Assembly: GCF_037042905.1 (NCBI RefSeq)
Contig: NC_087251.1
Location: 6,078,001 to 6,142,000, forward strand
DNA from: Lytechinus pictus
Lineage: Eukaryota
DNA: 64,000 bases
Direction of reading: 5' to 3'
Part shown: piece after piece, positions 50,331-62,085 of the stretch
Numbering within the stretch: the first letter of the stretch is position 1
Layout of the letters: every line of letters begins with the position of its first letter
Made by a program: the position numbers and the translations under genes
The notes under the pieces: model-generated
Database searches by the model: none
Seen by the model: only the letters and a program-made list of their open reading frames with translations
Told to the model about the DNA's origin: nothing

Positions 50331-53230
50331 TAATAATCTTTCCTAAGCACATGTCAATAATTAAGTAGGGTTATCAATATCATTAAATATCAGACCAAAA
50401 CTTAACTTAGGCTTGCCTTAACTTAAGCTTCGGTCTCTGTTGTTATTATGTTGTTTGTTCCGCTGAACTCTAACGAGTAACGTGTATTGTAATTCTAGTC
50501 TGAACGGTAATCCTGGGTTTTAGGGGCGTAAAATATTTTTATATATTACCGGCCTCTAACTTCAGCCAAATCATCCCAGCTTAGTATCACAGCCGGTTCG
50601 ACTTTAAGACATTCTCGTATCTGTCACCGTGTTAAATTGGCGAGATCAATAACATAATTTCTACAATCACTCAAACTTTTTATAAAATAAAAAAGACATG
50701 CACGGGAAAATAATATTGTGCTATACAAAATTATTACATTTAAAAATTACATCGTGTACTTTGAGGTCCATAATAATCCATTTTACAGAGACGATCTTGT
50801 CACTCGTACATCCCCGAAAAAGTTGCCATCTTGAAAATATCGAGTTTCGCGAGATTTGACTTCCGGGTTTTATTTTCTCTCTCATATCATCGCCATTCGA
50901 TGAAACATCAAATTTCTTTCTTTGCCAACGTGATTTCGAGTTCGAAAAATTGTTTTGATGCTGGAAATACGAAATGGATAGATCTAAGCAAAATTGTGTT
51001 TTTTAAAGTGATTTTTGTTTGCATACAATTTTTGTTCGGCCTGTATTCATCTTTTATTTCTCAGGCGACGTTTTCTTGACGCCGATGTATTAACTATGGA
51101 AGGTTTTTTCTTCGGGCGATGGTAATTTTCCGACTTCACAAATGTGTCGCATATTGCCCTCAAAGCTAAAACGCGAGGCGATGTCAGACTAATTAATGAG
51201 TCATAATTTTTCTTGAGTTTGAGCGAGGATGATCTGGTATTAATAATGACCCTTTTGAAATTGTTTGATATTTTAACAATTTGTACCTCTAATGAATAAC
51301 AAATGTGGCATTGAACTTGTGCAGTGATGAGGTGAATTGAAATGAATGGGTCGAGCGGATCAAGCTGTGTGTCACTCGCTAGTGCAAAAATTAAGAATCT
51401 CTCAGAAATAAATGTAGTATCCCAGTCTTACAGAAATCAATGCAGACTCTCTTACATGTAGAAATGAATTATTTTTATGATAACATAATTATATCCCTGG
51501 AAACTGTGATTGTATTTATTTCCAAGAATTGTTTTAATTCCGTGTAAAATTATGATTCTGCAGTTGTCTTTATTTCTGTGGTTGCTTTATTTCTTTAGTT
51601 ATCTTTGCTTCTAGAGTTTTCTTATTTTTGAAATTGTTTTATTTGCGAGGTCATCTTTATCTGAACGATGACATTCATTTGTAAAATATACTGCTATTTC
51701 AATTACGTTATTTTTTTTCTAAATCCTTTATCTATGATTGACAAGATTTATTTTGGAGTTGTCTTTTATTTCTAATTATATCAATTTCTGGTTAAATACT
51801 TTTATTTCTGACTTTATGTACTAGTCGTCCAAAGTAATGTATCAATTTCTGAATGTTATATTTCTGAGATACTACATTTATTTCGGAGAGTTTCTTTATT
51901 TTTGAGATTCTTAATTTTGGCCCTTTTGGCTGCCCATAAGTGCAGTGGTCACGGCCGGTAGAACATGTAATCTACACATGGCGTGTGTGTGTGCATCAAT
52001 ACAATTACAAGTCATGTGCAATCATCGGGTGTGAAGCCAAAGGAGACACATGGGTATGTTAGCCGGTATGTTAGCCCCCTCTTCAAATATATATTTTTTG
52101 ATAGCAAATGGGTTACATCAGGGATGGAAGGGGTATATCTCTTTTCAAATACTGCAGCCTTTGAACAAAAAAGCTTACAGTTCCACAGCTTGTAATACAC
52201 AATACACACAACCACATTTCATATCTTTTGCTCTCTCACTCATAAGCCTGGATCTCCCCACTTTATACTTGCAGCAATTCAGCCACTCTCGTGATCACAT
52301 GACACATGCACACACATCATATCCACATATCATTCAGCATTGCTGGAGTCATGAGATACATGTACAGTGCAACCTGCAAATTTATGAGTGTTGGGAGTAG
52401 CAGCCAAAAACATAATCTCATGAATAAATTAGCATGCTCCCCCCCCCCCCATTTCTCTGCCAAAAAGTTTCAAAGAATGTTTTTTTTTAGAGTTGCAATT
52501 AGCGCCAGAATAGACTACATACAATGCAAGTTTACCAAATGTTTTTCCAAACCACTCACTTGCTACGCTCACTTGCATAATGAGATATAGCCAACATATG
52601 CATGTTAATTTTTATTCTAATCAGCCTGATTCTAATAACAAAAAATCCCTTTCAAAACAGTTTTGCTCAACTTAAGTTATTACCACCAAACACATGCAGA
52701 TACATTGTACTTCAGGCAGAAATGTAATTTCATGTTGAAAATATCGGTTTGAACCCAATACCCTTTTTGACATACTAGTGCCTTTTCTTTGCTTTGCCCC
52801 TACAAATGAAAGTATGTTCTGCTGCTCCTGTGTAAGTTGCTAATTACTCCATGTACAGTAAAGGTCATAAGTAAGGGGCCACTCTCAGATTTAAAAGAAA
52901 ATCATACAAAACATACTGTACTTCATTCAAATGTATTGACACTGAATGGGCTACATGTATGACAGTTCTATCACATCACACAAGCATGCTTCCAAGCGGT
53001 TTTAATTGCACTTCTGCCAAACCCCAGTCAGTTTTCATGATGTATTCAAATTTCATGTGTACCTTTAAACTATAAAGGTTTGCATAAAAATTGGAAATGT
53101 TTAAAGCAAATGTTGTTTTTTGACACCTGATAGCTTGTCAGAGGCTCGTCTGACACAGCAACAAGTTTTTGGCCTGTACTGTAATGCATTTCTTGAGACT
53201 TATTTACTTTTAAATGTAATTTTGTTTTAG

Positions 53231-53401
53231 GTCCAAAGAAAGTGTTGAACAAGGAGGTGTCATGGAAACGTCTATTCCTCCACCTCCTCCTCCTCCATCT
53301 GTAGTTCATATTAGCCCCACAGAGGATAAGAAGAAAACACATGGAGACTTAGAAAGTTCTGCACTTGAGGTTAAACAGACAATTGAAAGGTTGCCCTCAT
53401 G
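53231..53401 (+). CDS. ACTMAP: ACTMAP-like, proline-rich N-terminal exon
   Basis: ttttgttttag|G TCC...TCA TG|GTAAGA, reading SKESVEQGGVMETSIPPPPPPPSVVHISPTEDKKKTHGDLESSALEVKQTIERLPS(W). Phase matches the 60884 exon. Confidence 0.78.
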
Positions 53402-53526
53402 GTAAGAAAATGTACTTGTTATATATATATATATCCACTTGGTATGGGAGTAATTGAGGTTTCCAAGAGTGCTCAATGCCAGGGCAGAGCAATATATAGG
53501 CCTTCAGACTGTCCCCGTCACCCAGG

Positions 53527-56046
53527 CAGGGTGACCAGATTTCACAAAATGAAATACGGGACAATCGACAAACAGAAGGGTACACAGTGTTAGACTTGTG
53601 AGAAAAAAAACTAAAGAATTGGAAGGGAGGGTGAGCGAAAGAATGAAGTAGAGAAAGAAAAGAGATGAATTGAGACGAAAGAAAGAAAAAAATGACGGGG
53701 AAAATGAAGGGAAAAATAAAAGAAAGAATAAAAGAAGGATGAAAGAAAGAATTAAAGAGAAAAAAAATGTTTCCGTCATTCTTTGAAATGAATATAGAAA
53801 GAAAGAAAAAAGGAAGGAAGGGAAGATGAACAAATGTGTGAAAGACAAATAAAGCAGAGATAGGAAAAAAGAAATTAAAAAAAAAGGAGGAGGAAAGAAA
53901 GAAAGAATGAAGGAAAGAAAAATGTTTCTTTCATTCTCTGAAAGAAAGAAACTAAGAAAGAAGAAAAACAGGAAGGAAGGAGGGAAGGAAGGAAAAGAAA
54001 GAATTAGAAGGGAAAAATAAAACAAAGAATGAAAGAAAGGAGGAAAAAGAGGGAGGGAAGAATGAAGGGAGGAGAGAGTGAAAAAAGAGAAAATATTGGA
54101 AGGAGATAAAGAACGAAAAGAAAAGGGAGAGGAAGGGAGAAGGAAGCAAAGAAAAGTTTAAGGAAAGAAAGAATGAAGCAAATAAAAACTGATATTTAAT
54201 ACAGAAGGAAAGAAAGAAAATGAACACAAAGAGAAAAGGTCAGGAAAGAAAGAAAGATGGAACAAAAAGGGCAAGCAGGATGGATAGAAGGATGAACAAT
54301 GAAGGATATAAAAGAAAGAAAGCAAAAAAAAGTTCAAACTTCAAGGAAACAAGACAAATCCAATCATCCAACAAAAGTCATAATGATATTTGGTGTTTTT
54401 GAAAATGTATTTTAAAATTAAAACAAGTGGAATGCCTCTGGCGGTCTCACCTGCATCACGCGATTCAATATAGCAGCAGTGCTGACTTTGAAACCTACTG
54501 TAACTCGCACAAGATGTTCAGTCATACTTGGTTACTCTTATGTCCACGTTTTATGAACTAGACCAATACACTTACAGAGATATCATGGTAATTCAACAAA
54601 TACCCCCAATTTGGCCGAAGTTCATTGACCTTATATGACCTTTGACCTTGATTATGTGACCTGAAACTCGCACAGGATGTGCAGTGATACTTGATTACTC
54701 TTATGTCCAAGTTTCATGAATCAGATCCATAAACTTTCAAAGTTATGACGGTAATTCAACAGATACCCCCATTCGGCCAAAGTTAATTGACCTTTGACCT
54801 TGGTCATGTGACCTGAAATGCGCACAGGATGTTCAGTGATACTTGATTACTATTATGTCCAAGTTTAATGAAGTAGATCAATATACTTTCAATGTTATGA
54901 TGGTAATTCAATAAATACCCCCAATTTGGCCAAAGTTCATTGACCCTAAATGACCTTTGACCTTAATCAGGTGACCTGAAACTTGCACAGGATGTTCAGT
55001 GATACTTGATTACTATTATGTCCAAGTTTCATGAATCAGATCCATAAACTTTCAAAGTTATGATAGTAATTCAACAGATACCCCCAATTCGGCCAAAGTT
55101 CATTGACCCTAAATGACCTTTGACCTTGGTCATGTGACGTGAAACTCATGCAGGATGTTCAGTGATACTTGATTAACCTTATGTCCAAGTTTCATGAACT
55201 AGGTCCATACATTTTCTAAGTTATGATGACATTTCAAAAACTTAACCTTAGGTTAAGATTTTGATGTTGATTCCCCCAACATGGTCTAAGTTCATTGACC
55301 CTAAATTACCTTTGACCTTGGTCATGTGACATGAATCTCAGGCAGGATGTTCAGTAATACTTGATTAAACTTATGGCCAAGTTTCATGAACTAGGTCCAT
55401 ATACTTTCTAAGTTATGCTGTCATTTCAAAAACTTAACCTTAGGTTAAGATTTGATGTTGACGCCGTCGGAAAAGCGGCGCCTATAGTCTCACACTGCTA
55501 TGCAGGTGAGACAAAAAACTAAATTGTTTTAGAAATGAATAAAATTTCAAAGTGAAACATAGTCAAACTTAAAAATTAGATGAAACATCGCGGCATCATA
55601 CACACCAAGACTCAAAACGAAAGCTGAAACAACTAGATCTATGAAAACTCAATAACTTGTTCCTCCGATTACATCTCCAAATCGGCAATCTGTTAATCCA
55701 TTATAATATGATTTTAAAAATTATTTTCCCGCCGATTTTGTGATTATTTTGGTTGAAAAACTGTTTATCATATCATGTGTGCACCACTGAGAATCTGCTC
55801 CAATCCTACATGCCTAGCTAGAAGCCTGCCACACACAGGCAGGAGTTAACAGTTATCAATTTTATTGTCTCTGCTTCGTCATCTGTTGGTTATTTGATGA
55901 AAATTTGTCACTTTTAAATGTATTAACTACATTTTGTTCAAATACTCTGAAATACAGGACAAATAGGCGTCCCGGTAAGGATATGTCGGGACAAAGGAGC
56001 AAAATACGGGACGATCCCGGGAAATAAGGAACGTCTGGTCACCCTG
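53527..56046. mobile_element. hAT-like MITE with GA-rich interior, hosting a Helentron-like insertion
   Basis: TIR cagggtgaccaga...tctggtcaccctg; TSD CACCCAGG / CACCCGGG (7 of 8 match). Confidence 0.8.
54421..55516 (+). mobile_element. Helentron-like element with ~155-165-bp tandem units; family fragments also at ~360-602 (-) and ~42830-43070
   Basis: subTIR gtctcacctgcat near the 5' end and atgcaggtgagac in the 3' hairpin; repeated tgacctttgacctt...caggatgttcagtgatacttgatta units. Confidence 0.75.
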
Positions 56047-56759
56047 CACCCGGGGGAAGGGGGAGAGATATCTTATCTCTTTACGACCGACCGTCTATAC
56101 ATCCCCCGGTGTTCGGGAGATTGACACCGGGGGATGAGTGGGCTAGGTCATCGGCATCGTTACGTAAGGCGCGCCCGCACATGATAACGCCGGAAATGCA
56201 ATTTCTTGCAGCTAGCCGAGCACTAGAACAGTACTTGTATAGCGGTAATAGCATAAATAGAACAAATCGATCACTGATCGAACTTGATAACCGGCTTGAT
56301 ACATTGAAGATGAATGAGAGTGGGATTGTATTATTCCTCGGATTGATTATCTTCAATCCTTCACGCTAGTGAAGATTATCAGTAATTTTAAACTGAGACA
56401 TGATCTTGATCAACCTGAGCGGAAGCAGTTCTCTTGACACCACATTTCGCGCATGCGCACTTATGATTAAAACAGGTGCGCGATCTCGGATTACGAGCCA
56501 AGGTCGCTCTTCCTTCGAAAAACCTGGGGGATAGAACCGGGAGATGGGGGACAATCCTCCAGACTGTTGATTTTCCGGGGGATTTCCCAGGTGACGGGGG
56601 ACAGTCTGAACAGGGTGATAGTCATACCTTTGGTCAGCTTGGTCTGCAACCGTCACACATTACGCGATCTTCAGGCAGACTGATGATCTGACAACTTGGT
56701 TGTGTCAGAGTGCTGCGCAATGGGTCGTCACACCCGATTGATTTTCTGGGGGTCTTCGG

Positions 56760-57150
56760 CATCTGTGACGGCACTGATATTATTTCTGACCTTTTGTTGA
56801 GACACTATTTGCTATTGGTGATAATGATATATTTCTCTTCCAGACAGAGATTGCAGAGCCCCTTTTTTCTTAGGTTTAGTATTTGACTTCTTTCCTATAC
56901 CCCACATTAATTCAAATAGGTGTCTAATTCTTTTAGTTTCAATATGTACTTTGGAGTTGAGTTTCATTTTTGTATTTTTCATGATTCACTGATTTGATGT
57001 GGTTCCTGTATCTGTCCGTGAAAGATCCCCCCCCCCCCCACAAGACCAAAGTAGCAATTTTCCTTGTTTCCGTGCAGGATCCATGCTTTGTAGATGAGGG
57101 CCGTCCTAAACATTTCCATTGCAGCGGGCGCTGCGTGTTTATTAATGCAC
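56760..57150 (-). mobile_element. Decayed Penelope-like element, GIY-YIG endonuclease region
   Basis: Across frameshifts the minus strand reads ALIYKA..ENCYFGL..SFTDRYRNHIKSVNHEKYKNETQL.KYILKLKE...LCNLCLEEKYII...LNKRSEIIS.CRH, the pattern I recall for PLE GIY-YIG C-termini. Confidence 0.75.
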
Positions 57151-58661
57151 TGACTTCCGAGTTTCCAATGGTTGAACACAGGAGAAATTCAGAAGTCAGT
57201 GAGTAAATTTAAATGGAACCACACGCGCTCGTTCATACGGACACACAAAAAGAGGTCGCAGCATGCTCACAAGTGAGGCATACAGTACATGTATCTACAC
57301 TGAATAGAACATCTCTTGGCGCATACTCAGTCTTTTTCAGCTGTTCAAAGTTATACCTGGGGTAACCATCAATCTCAAAAGTCTCTTTAATAAAATAGAA
57401 ATGAAAATACATAACATGAAAATGAATAAGCAATGTCCAGAAATTTAAACCAGACAGAATTAATAGGTGCTTGTTGTCTGATTTCAAGCTGCAGTCAAGA
57501 ACTGGTGATGGGCTATGTGTAAACGCTATATTTTAATTTTTTGCTACCCCCCCGAAATGCAAGTCAATCATGTACATTTTTAGGGGTCCTTGAGTATAAT
57601 TCATTTTAATATCTCAACTATTTCTAGTCAAATTTTCACGCTTTAAAGTTTAGTTATTTATTATTTATTTATTAGAAAATATTCCTACAGGATAAAAAGA
57701 TAAGCTGAATTGCTGTTTTACATCAATGTCCTGATTTAACAAGGTTAAAAAACATATAAAGTTACAATAATATCATGATGCAAAATACATATATATATAT
57801 AAACTTAGCTACTAAAATATGAAAATAAAATACTGTAAATAATTATGTTAAGACATTAAAAAAAGTGAAATTACTTAGCTACTAAAATATGATAATAAAA
57901 TACTGTAAATCATGTTAAGACATTAAAAAAAGTTAAATTCAGTTTGAACCAGTTAAGTGATCATGGGAAGATAATCTGTTATCACCACCCCAACCTTTCA
58001 CAAGCAAACTCAGACCTGTCCCCAACCAACGCATCGCAGACATTTCCCTCCGCGATGTAGCGGATGCTTCAACTTCCCAACCAGTACGATTCCTGCACAT
58101 GAGCCCAACTTCAGAGACTGGGCGCTACTAAACAAACACCCTCCCTGATGCTCGAACCCACCGACATCCACGATGCCCGGCCCAACCGCACGCCTCCGCA
58201 CTCCACCCAACAGGCCCTTCCAAACGACCACCTCGGCGAATGGCTGTTGCCCGACCCACCGCGAAACGAACGCCGCCTTCTAATACTGTGTGCCCTCTCT
58301 CCCATATAGGAGAGAAAAGACACAACATCCAACAGCGACACTCACCCCATGGTAGGTGGAACAACAATCACCCACCATAACAATCATCCAGAAAAGCCCA
58401 TGAAACAGAGTGAGCGACACGCAGCCAAGCCAAACATCATGAACATCAACAGGCTCCATCATAAAAAAAACGTCCACTCTACAACACCTGCACCCCGAAA
58501 CAGAGCTCACATACCAAAATCACACCCATAAGGAAACCAAAACACCCACCACATCGCAGAAAGAAAGAAAACAGACCAAAATGAAGATAAAGAAAGGATG
58601 TACAGATTTAAAAAAAAAGAGAATAAAAAAAGAGAAAACAAGAACAGAAGAAAGGAAAAAT

Positions 58662-59263
58662 TTAAAGGACAAGTCCACCCCAACAAAAAGTTGATTTGAA
58701 TAAAAAGAGAAAAATCCAACAAGCACAACACTGAAAATTTCATCAAAATCGGATGTAAAATAAGAAAGTTATGACATTTTAAAGTTAGCTTAATTTCACA
58801 AAACAGTTACATGCAAATCCTGGTCGGTATGCAAATGAGGAGACTGATGATGTCATCCACTCACTATTTCTTTTGTATTTTATTATATGAAATATTCTAA
58901 TTTTCTCCTCATTGTCAAGTGAAACAACAATTAATTCCTCCCTTTACACGTGGAATTAGCATTGTTTAATACTATATGGTTCAGTCAAGGTGGTCCTTAT
59001 TTTCAAATCTGTAAAAAATGAAATATTGTATAATTCAAACAATAAAAAACAAAAGAAATAGTGAGTGAGGGACATCATTGTCTGTTTCATTTGCATGTCA
59101 CTTAGTTGTGCATATCACTGTTTTGGGAAAAATAGCGAAACTTTAGAATGTCATAACTTTCTTATTTTACATCCGATTTTGATGAAATTTTCACTGTTAT
59201 GCTAGTTTGAATTTTCTCTATTTATTCAGATCAACATTTTTCTGGGGTGGACTTGACATTTAA
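58662..59263. mobile_element. Kolobok-like MITE (uninterrupted copy)
   Basis: ttaaaggacaagtccacccc...ggggtggacttgacatttaa with long complementary arms. Confidence 0.85.
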
Positions 59264-59833
59264 TACAAAATAGGGAAGGCAAAAAAAGTTGGAAAGCAAG
59301 AAATGATATAAGAGATAAGACAAAGAAAGGGAAGAGTAAAGAGAGAAAAGAAAGAAATAAAGGAAAGGGTAAATATGAAGAAAGATAAGAGACATAGAGT
59401 GAAAGAAAGAAGAATAGAAAGAGAAAAAAAAAGAAAGTGAGAAAGAAAAAAACAAAAAAAATGAATATTCACACACCCAACATTAAACTTTCCAGTCATC
59501 CATTCCCAAGTCTGCGATGCAATAACAAAGCATAATCCGAATTATAGGGCCCTGCTACCATGAACCCTACGCTGCTACCAACAGAAAGAACGGGAAATAC
59601 ACAGTAGAATCGTTACAATGATGCTTCATATGACCGAATAAAGATCAGGAAGACATGTATTAACATTGGAAGAGCTTGTGGTATAACATTGAGTGTATCA
59701 CAACTGCTAGTTCTTACGTCATGCCTATCAACTACCATCTCAATATTATTACATAATCTTGTAGGAGCCATTCCATGTATACACCTAAACATGATATTGG
59801 CTAAAAAATAATCATTATTTCAAGATACAAATG

Positions 59834-60425
59834 TTAAAGGAGAATGAAACTCTTGGAGCAAGTTAGCTTTTGTGAAAGCAGAAAAATCAAAGAATAAGAT
59901 CAACAAAAGTTTGAGTAAAATAGGACTAGCAATAGAAGAGTTATGAGCATTTGAATGTCGAGATCACTAATGCTATGGAGATCGTCCCATTGGCAATGCG
60001 ACCAAGATCTATGATGTCACAGATGAACAACTCTCCCCTTTTGGACACTGAAAATATACCCCAAAACATCTCTTTTTGCTCATTCTAATCATATGACAAA
60101 CGATTCATCAATGATATAATGTTGCGAAACCTCTGTACTTGTCCTCTCATAAAGAGAACACCTCACCTTGTGATAGACTCTATAAAAGTGAGAATATAAG
60201 TGAAATAAGTACTAAAGTAATGAGGGAGTTGTACGTGTGTGACATCACAGATCTTGGTCGCATTGCCAATGGGAGGATCTACATGGCATTAGTGATCTCA
60301 ATATTCAAATGCTCATAACTTTCTTATTATTCATTCAATCTTCCTCAAACTTTCAACACTATGTTTCTTTGATTTTTCTCTTTGATATGGATTCAGCTGG
60401 TTTCAAGGGTTTCATTCTCCTTTAA
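59834..60425. mobile_element. Kolobok-like MITE
   Basis: TTAA|aggagaatgaaac...gtttcattctcct|TTAA, with internal arms cattggcaatgcgaccaagatct / agatcttggtcgcattgccaatg. Confidence 0.88.
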
Positions 60426-60883
60426 TTCTCAAAATTTACCAAAGAGACTTTTTGGCAAGAAGAGTTTCATTCACCCAGCTGGGTCCTTTCTGTAAAGCAA
60501 TTCAGTGGCTGCCTATTATCTGTGGTTATCAGCCCTACCTCACATCCGAGGGAGACACGTAGGCCTTTCTTCTGCTAGTTCTGCTGGCTCAATTTCAAGT
60601 TTCAAGCTTTTAACTCAGATACTTTTTAACAGGACATTTTTGTAATGATTAAAAAGCAAATCGTGTTCAATATTATGGCGACTTCTACCTTTAAAAAAAT
60701 TCAGAATCCTTTGTATGTTTCCATAATTTAAAACAATCAAACTTTGCAAATAAAAGTCATGTCAGTACTTTGTCTAAGCGCTCTACAACAATGCAGCGTA
60801 ATACCCCCCCTGTATTGTGTAGAAAGATGTGAAGATCTCAAGATTGTTATAAATGAATGCTTTGTTCTCTCATTCTATTATAG

Positions 60884-60967
60884 GAGACTTCAGAGTGCAG
60901 ATGAAGGAAAAGCAAGATGGCTAACTTGTAATCAAAAGATAAAGTACATTGGTCAGCAAGGGACTAC
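60884..60967 (+). CDS. ACTMAP: ACTMAP-like coding exon
   Basis: tatag|G AGA...ACT AC|GTAAGT, reading RLQSADEGKARWLTCNQKIKYIGQQGT(T); compare recalled human LRWILFCADLPSLIQEGPQ. Confidence 0.82.
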
Positions 60968-61343
60968 GTAAGTTGCCAAACTTGTTTGGTATTTCACATG
61001 GCTGTTCGTGAGTTTTGATCAATACGCAGTAGTGCGTGTCCTCTTCGCATGATCTGAACAATGCTGTCATGCCTTTTATACTGCACGCAACGAGGCATTT
61101 AAGTGCGACTCTTAGTCATACTTAAGTCTTTGTGAAACACCCCCATGGATTAATAAAAGCTCCCATTTATAGAGGTGTTTTGTTACATAGATACATGGAT
61201 GGTTACTTATTTGACCTGGATTTAGTATGTTTGAAACTTTGAACAATAAAAGCAAATCAAATGTTTATTTATAAGTATGTATGGGAAGGAAGGTACATGT
61301 ATGTATGTGTGATTTCATAGTGATTCATTAATTTATTTACCAG

Positions 61344-61465
61344 CTGTGGCCTTGTAGCATTATCAATGGCTGCCAGTATGCTGAAATCATCAGGAAAGAG
61401 TCTAGATGTAGTCTTAAATGCAGCAAGAGAGAAGGGGTACACACTCCAGGGAGAAATGTTTTCAG
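61344..61465 (+). CDS. ACTMAP: ACTMAP (C19orf54, actin maturation protease)-like exon with the presumed catalytic Cys; the gene continues beyond the window
   Basis: ccag|C TGT...TCA G|GTAAGT, reading CGLVALSMAASMLKSSGKSLDVVLNAAREKGYTLQGEMFS. Matches the family motif CGLVAL.MA...A.ERGYT.QGEMFS. Confidence 0.9.
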
Positions 61466-62085
61466 GTAAGTACTTATACTATATCCTGCTTCCATTTGAT
61501 AATTCAATGTTAAACTTGACTCAGTCATGTTCTGAGGATCTGGTTTTGAGGATTTCATTGTAAAAGGTGTAAAAAAAGGAGAAAAATCATAAGTACCTTT
61601 TGATACCGGTACATCACCTTCAAAATTAGCTTACGTATTATATACCAGTGAGGATGATCCAACTATTATGATGGGTTCAAGGTCAAAGATAGCAGAGGTA
61701 ATTAATTCCTAAACATGACTTGGTCTCGCAAGAACTCTTAACTTAATGAATACATACATATTAAAGTGATTGCTTAATTCTCAGGTACTTTTTACTTGTA
61801 CAGTGATCCCAACACATAGCCCCTTGAATGCTTTATCAATGGGTCCCGTAAGTGATTTACACATTTAGTGACAATTTGTTTTTTTAATACAAAATAAAAT
61901 TCATGGTGAATGGTCCCTGCATAGTTTGCGTACTTGTGCATGCTAATGCGGGGACTATGTGTGCCAGCTTGCGACCGTTCATGAAATTCATGCATAGAAG
62001 ATTAGAAGAGTAAAAACTGAGGCTTGTCAGGAACAATTCTTGCAGAAACTCGCACATGTAAATTATATGTATCCTTTTTCAAGTA

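Noticed and set aside
53504..54402. Phe/Ser/Leu-rich or Lys/Arg/Glu-rich ORFs (also 3560-3793, 5652-5939, 58507-58746, 59231-59499)
   Set aside because: Translations of low-complexity GA/TC tracts, mostly inside or next to MITEs.
57233..57390. Exon-like minus-strand stretch ETFEIDGYPRYNFEQLKKTEYAPRDVLFSV
   Set aside because: It has a plausible acceptor, but no recognisable family or partner exons; cannot be supported without a search.
57960..58560. GC-richer, C/A-skewed segment with several overlapping ORFs
   Set aside because: No recognisable protein motif; probably a retroelement UTR fragment, left unassigned.
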